From the NCBI RefSeq assembly GCF_964204645.1, contig NC_134027.1:27738560-27802559 (forward strand): a stretch of DNA of 64,000 nt, given 5' to 3'. The notes under the pieces are model-generated. The model was not told the origin of the DNA. It searched no databases and saw only the letters and a program-made list of their open reading frames with translations. The DNA comes from Tubulanus polymorphus (Eukaryota > Animalia > Nemertea). This document shows positions 62,801 to 64,000 of the stretch, one piece after another. The stretch's first letter is position 1, and every line of letters begins with the position of its first letter. The position numbers were made by a program, and so were the translations under genes.

Positions 62801-63766
62801 AATCTTGCAACTTGCTGTCAGAATTCAGGAAGAAATAACAAACTAGTGATTTCTGTTAACACGACTGAATTCATGGTCTGCTGGTTCTTGAGTTAGACCG
62901 CAAACACCGCAGCAATAGCGCACCAGCCGATCGGTTTGTTACAACAACAGTCGCCGAAACTTTTCATTCTTAAATATTCTTAAATACTACACGAAAAAAA
63001 CACAGTTGAATTCACGGGGTAAACATTGATATTGAGAAATGATTGATTGATTCACGATACAGAGAGAGAGAGCAGACGTGTTCTATATTGACTTATACTA
63101 TCAGTGACACTGACGGCGGTCGGTCACAGTCATATCTACAACTAATGATTAATTTATGGCCTTTAACATCGTCGCATATTCCTTATAAATATCAAAGAAA
63201 CACTCGTCAAAACTGACTGTTTACATACAACTTTAAACACAGTTAAAATACAAATAATTTCAAAGGTTATATTTGACGAAACACCTTCCTTATAAAACTG
63301 GTCTCAAATAAAGAGTGAATTTTCTATGTTCTCTAAATAGGTGATTGATTATGACAACGTGATAACCGTTAGCAACTATGTAACGGCGCGCATTGTTGAC
63401 GGTTCATCAGATGAGATTTAAATATCGACTATGACGTCATTAAAATCTAATTAATCATGTGACATCTTTCCGAATTTAACCGTCTTTTAACACGTGATTT
63501 GTCACGACTCGAACGCCTCGGTTTCGTGTGGAGAGAAATAGAATATAATCACTTACCAGGGACGAGTATAAAGCCGGGTCTATGTACGCAGCGCCCCCTG
63601 GTGGCGTGTAAACGGCATCCGTAAGCGCGGTGACTCTCGGGAATATGGAGGTCGGAGTGCAGGAACATACACCGGTAAGAGGGTCGGTGATGACAGGTCG
63701 ACCCCCTTCACAACACGTGGTAGAGACACTACTCACCGCGGCCGGGACCGGGGGTGTCGCCAATAT
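58635..63766 (-). CDS. Irx: Iroquois-class TALE homeobox protein; first coding exon lies beyond the window and the last exon is uncertain
   Basis: Homeodomain [61 protein letters not shown], acidic tract, Iro box [11 protein letters not shown], and N-terminal [18 protein letters not shown]. Exons at 63557-63766, ~62025-62158, ~60894-61249, ~59260-59769 and ~58635-58762. Confidence 0.97.
58975..59255 (+). promoter_or_regulatory. Tandem repeat built from CTCF-like motifs in the last Irx intron
   Basis: CCACTAGGGGGAG at ~58990, 59095, 59203, 59238 and CCAATAGAGGGAG at ~59017, 59122. Confidence 0.55.
62165..62395. repeat. (AGAATAC)n-type repeat abutting an Irx splice acceptor
   Basis: Direct reading. 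Confidence 0.9.
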
Positions 63767-64000
63767 CTACAAAATAGATATTACAACAAAATACATAATT
63801 CTAGTTCGACCAGTGGCACGTGAGGTTGTTCAACTTTCTCAACTAAAACTCACTGACGCGGAAAATAAAATGATTTATGAGATTTAAAAAAAACTTGTTC
63901 TTTTTTTTCAACGTGTAACAAATAAAAACGTGACATTTTAGTAAAATCTAGTCGCATGTACGATCAGTATTATAGACTCATATATCATAGTGAATGAATT

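Overview
AT-rich, intron-rich animal genomic DNA from a bilaterian invertebrate, probably spiralian (inferred from gene content, not proven). From left to right: (1) the end of a ~191-bp tandem array (1-3465); (2) a large minus-strand adhesion GPCR with a Thr/Ser stalk, about six LamG/pentraxin-like modules, GAIN/GPS and 7TM (~7191-25485); (3) a tRNA-derived head fused to TTAGGG repeats (~28.4 kb); (4) minus-strand CDK10 (31716-35206), head-to-head with (5) plus-strand Sowah, an ankyrin-repeat gene (36373-52118); (6) an intronless peptide-receptor-like class A GPCR (55927-57018, minus); and (7) an Iroquois homeobox gene (minus, first exon outside the window). The Irx-Sowah linkage is a known bilaterian regulatory block. 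The strongest signal invisible to the ORF track is in Sowah: its ankyrin region can be rebuilt with one 12-nt and four single-codon (3-nt) microexons, each bounded by AG and GTAAGT. Also seen are a core-intact minimal type I hammerhead ribozyme inside a TSD-flanked Penelope-like relic plus degenerate copies, many CTCF-like motifs around Irx, tandemly duplicated splice sites, MITEs and many minisatellites. Exon boundaries were read by eye and some are approximate.
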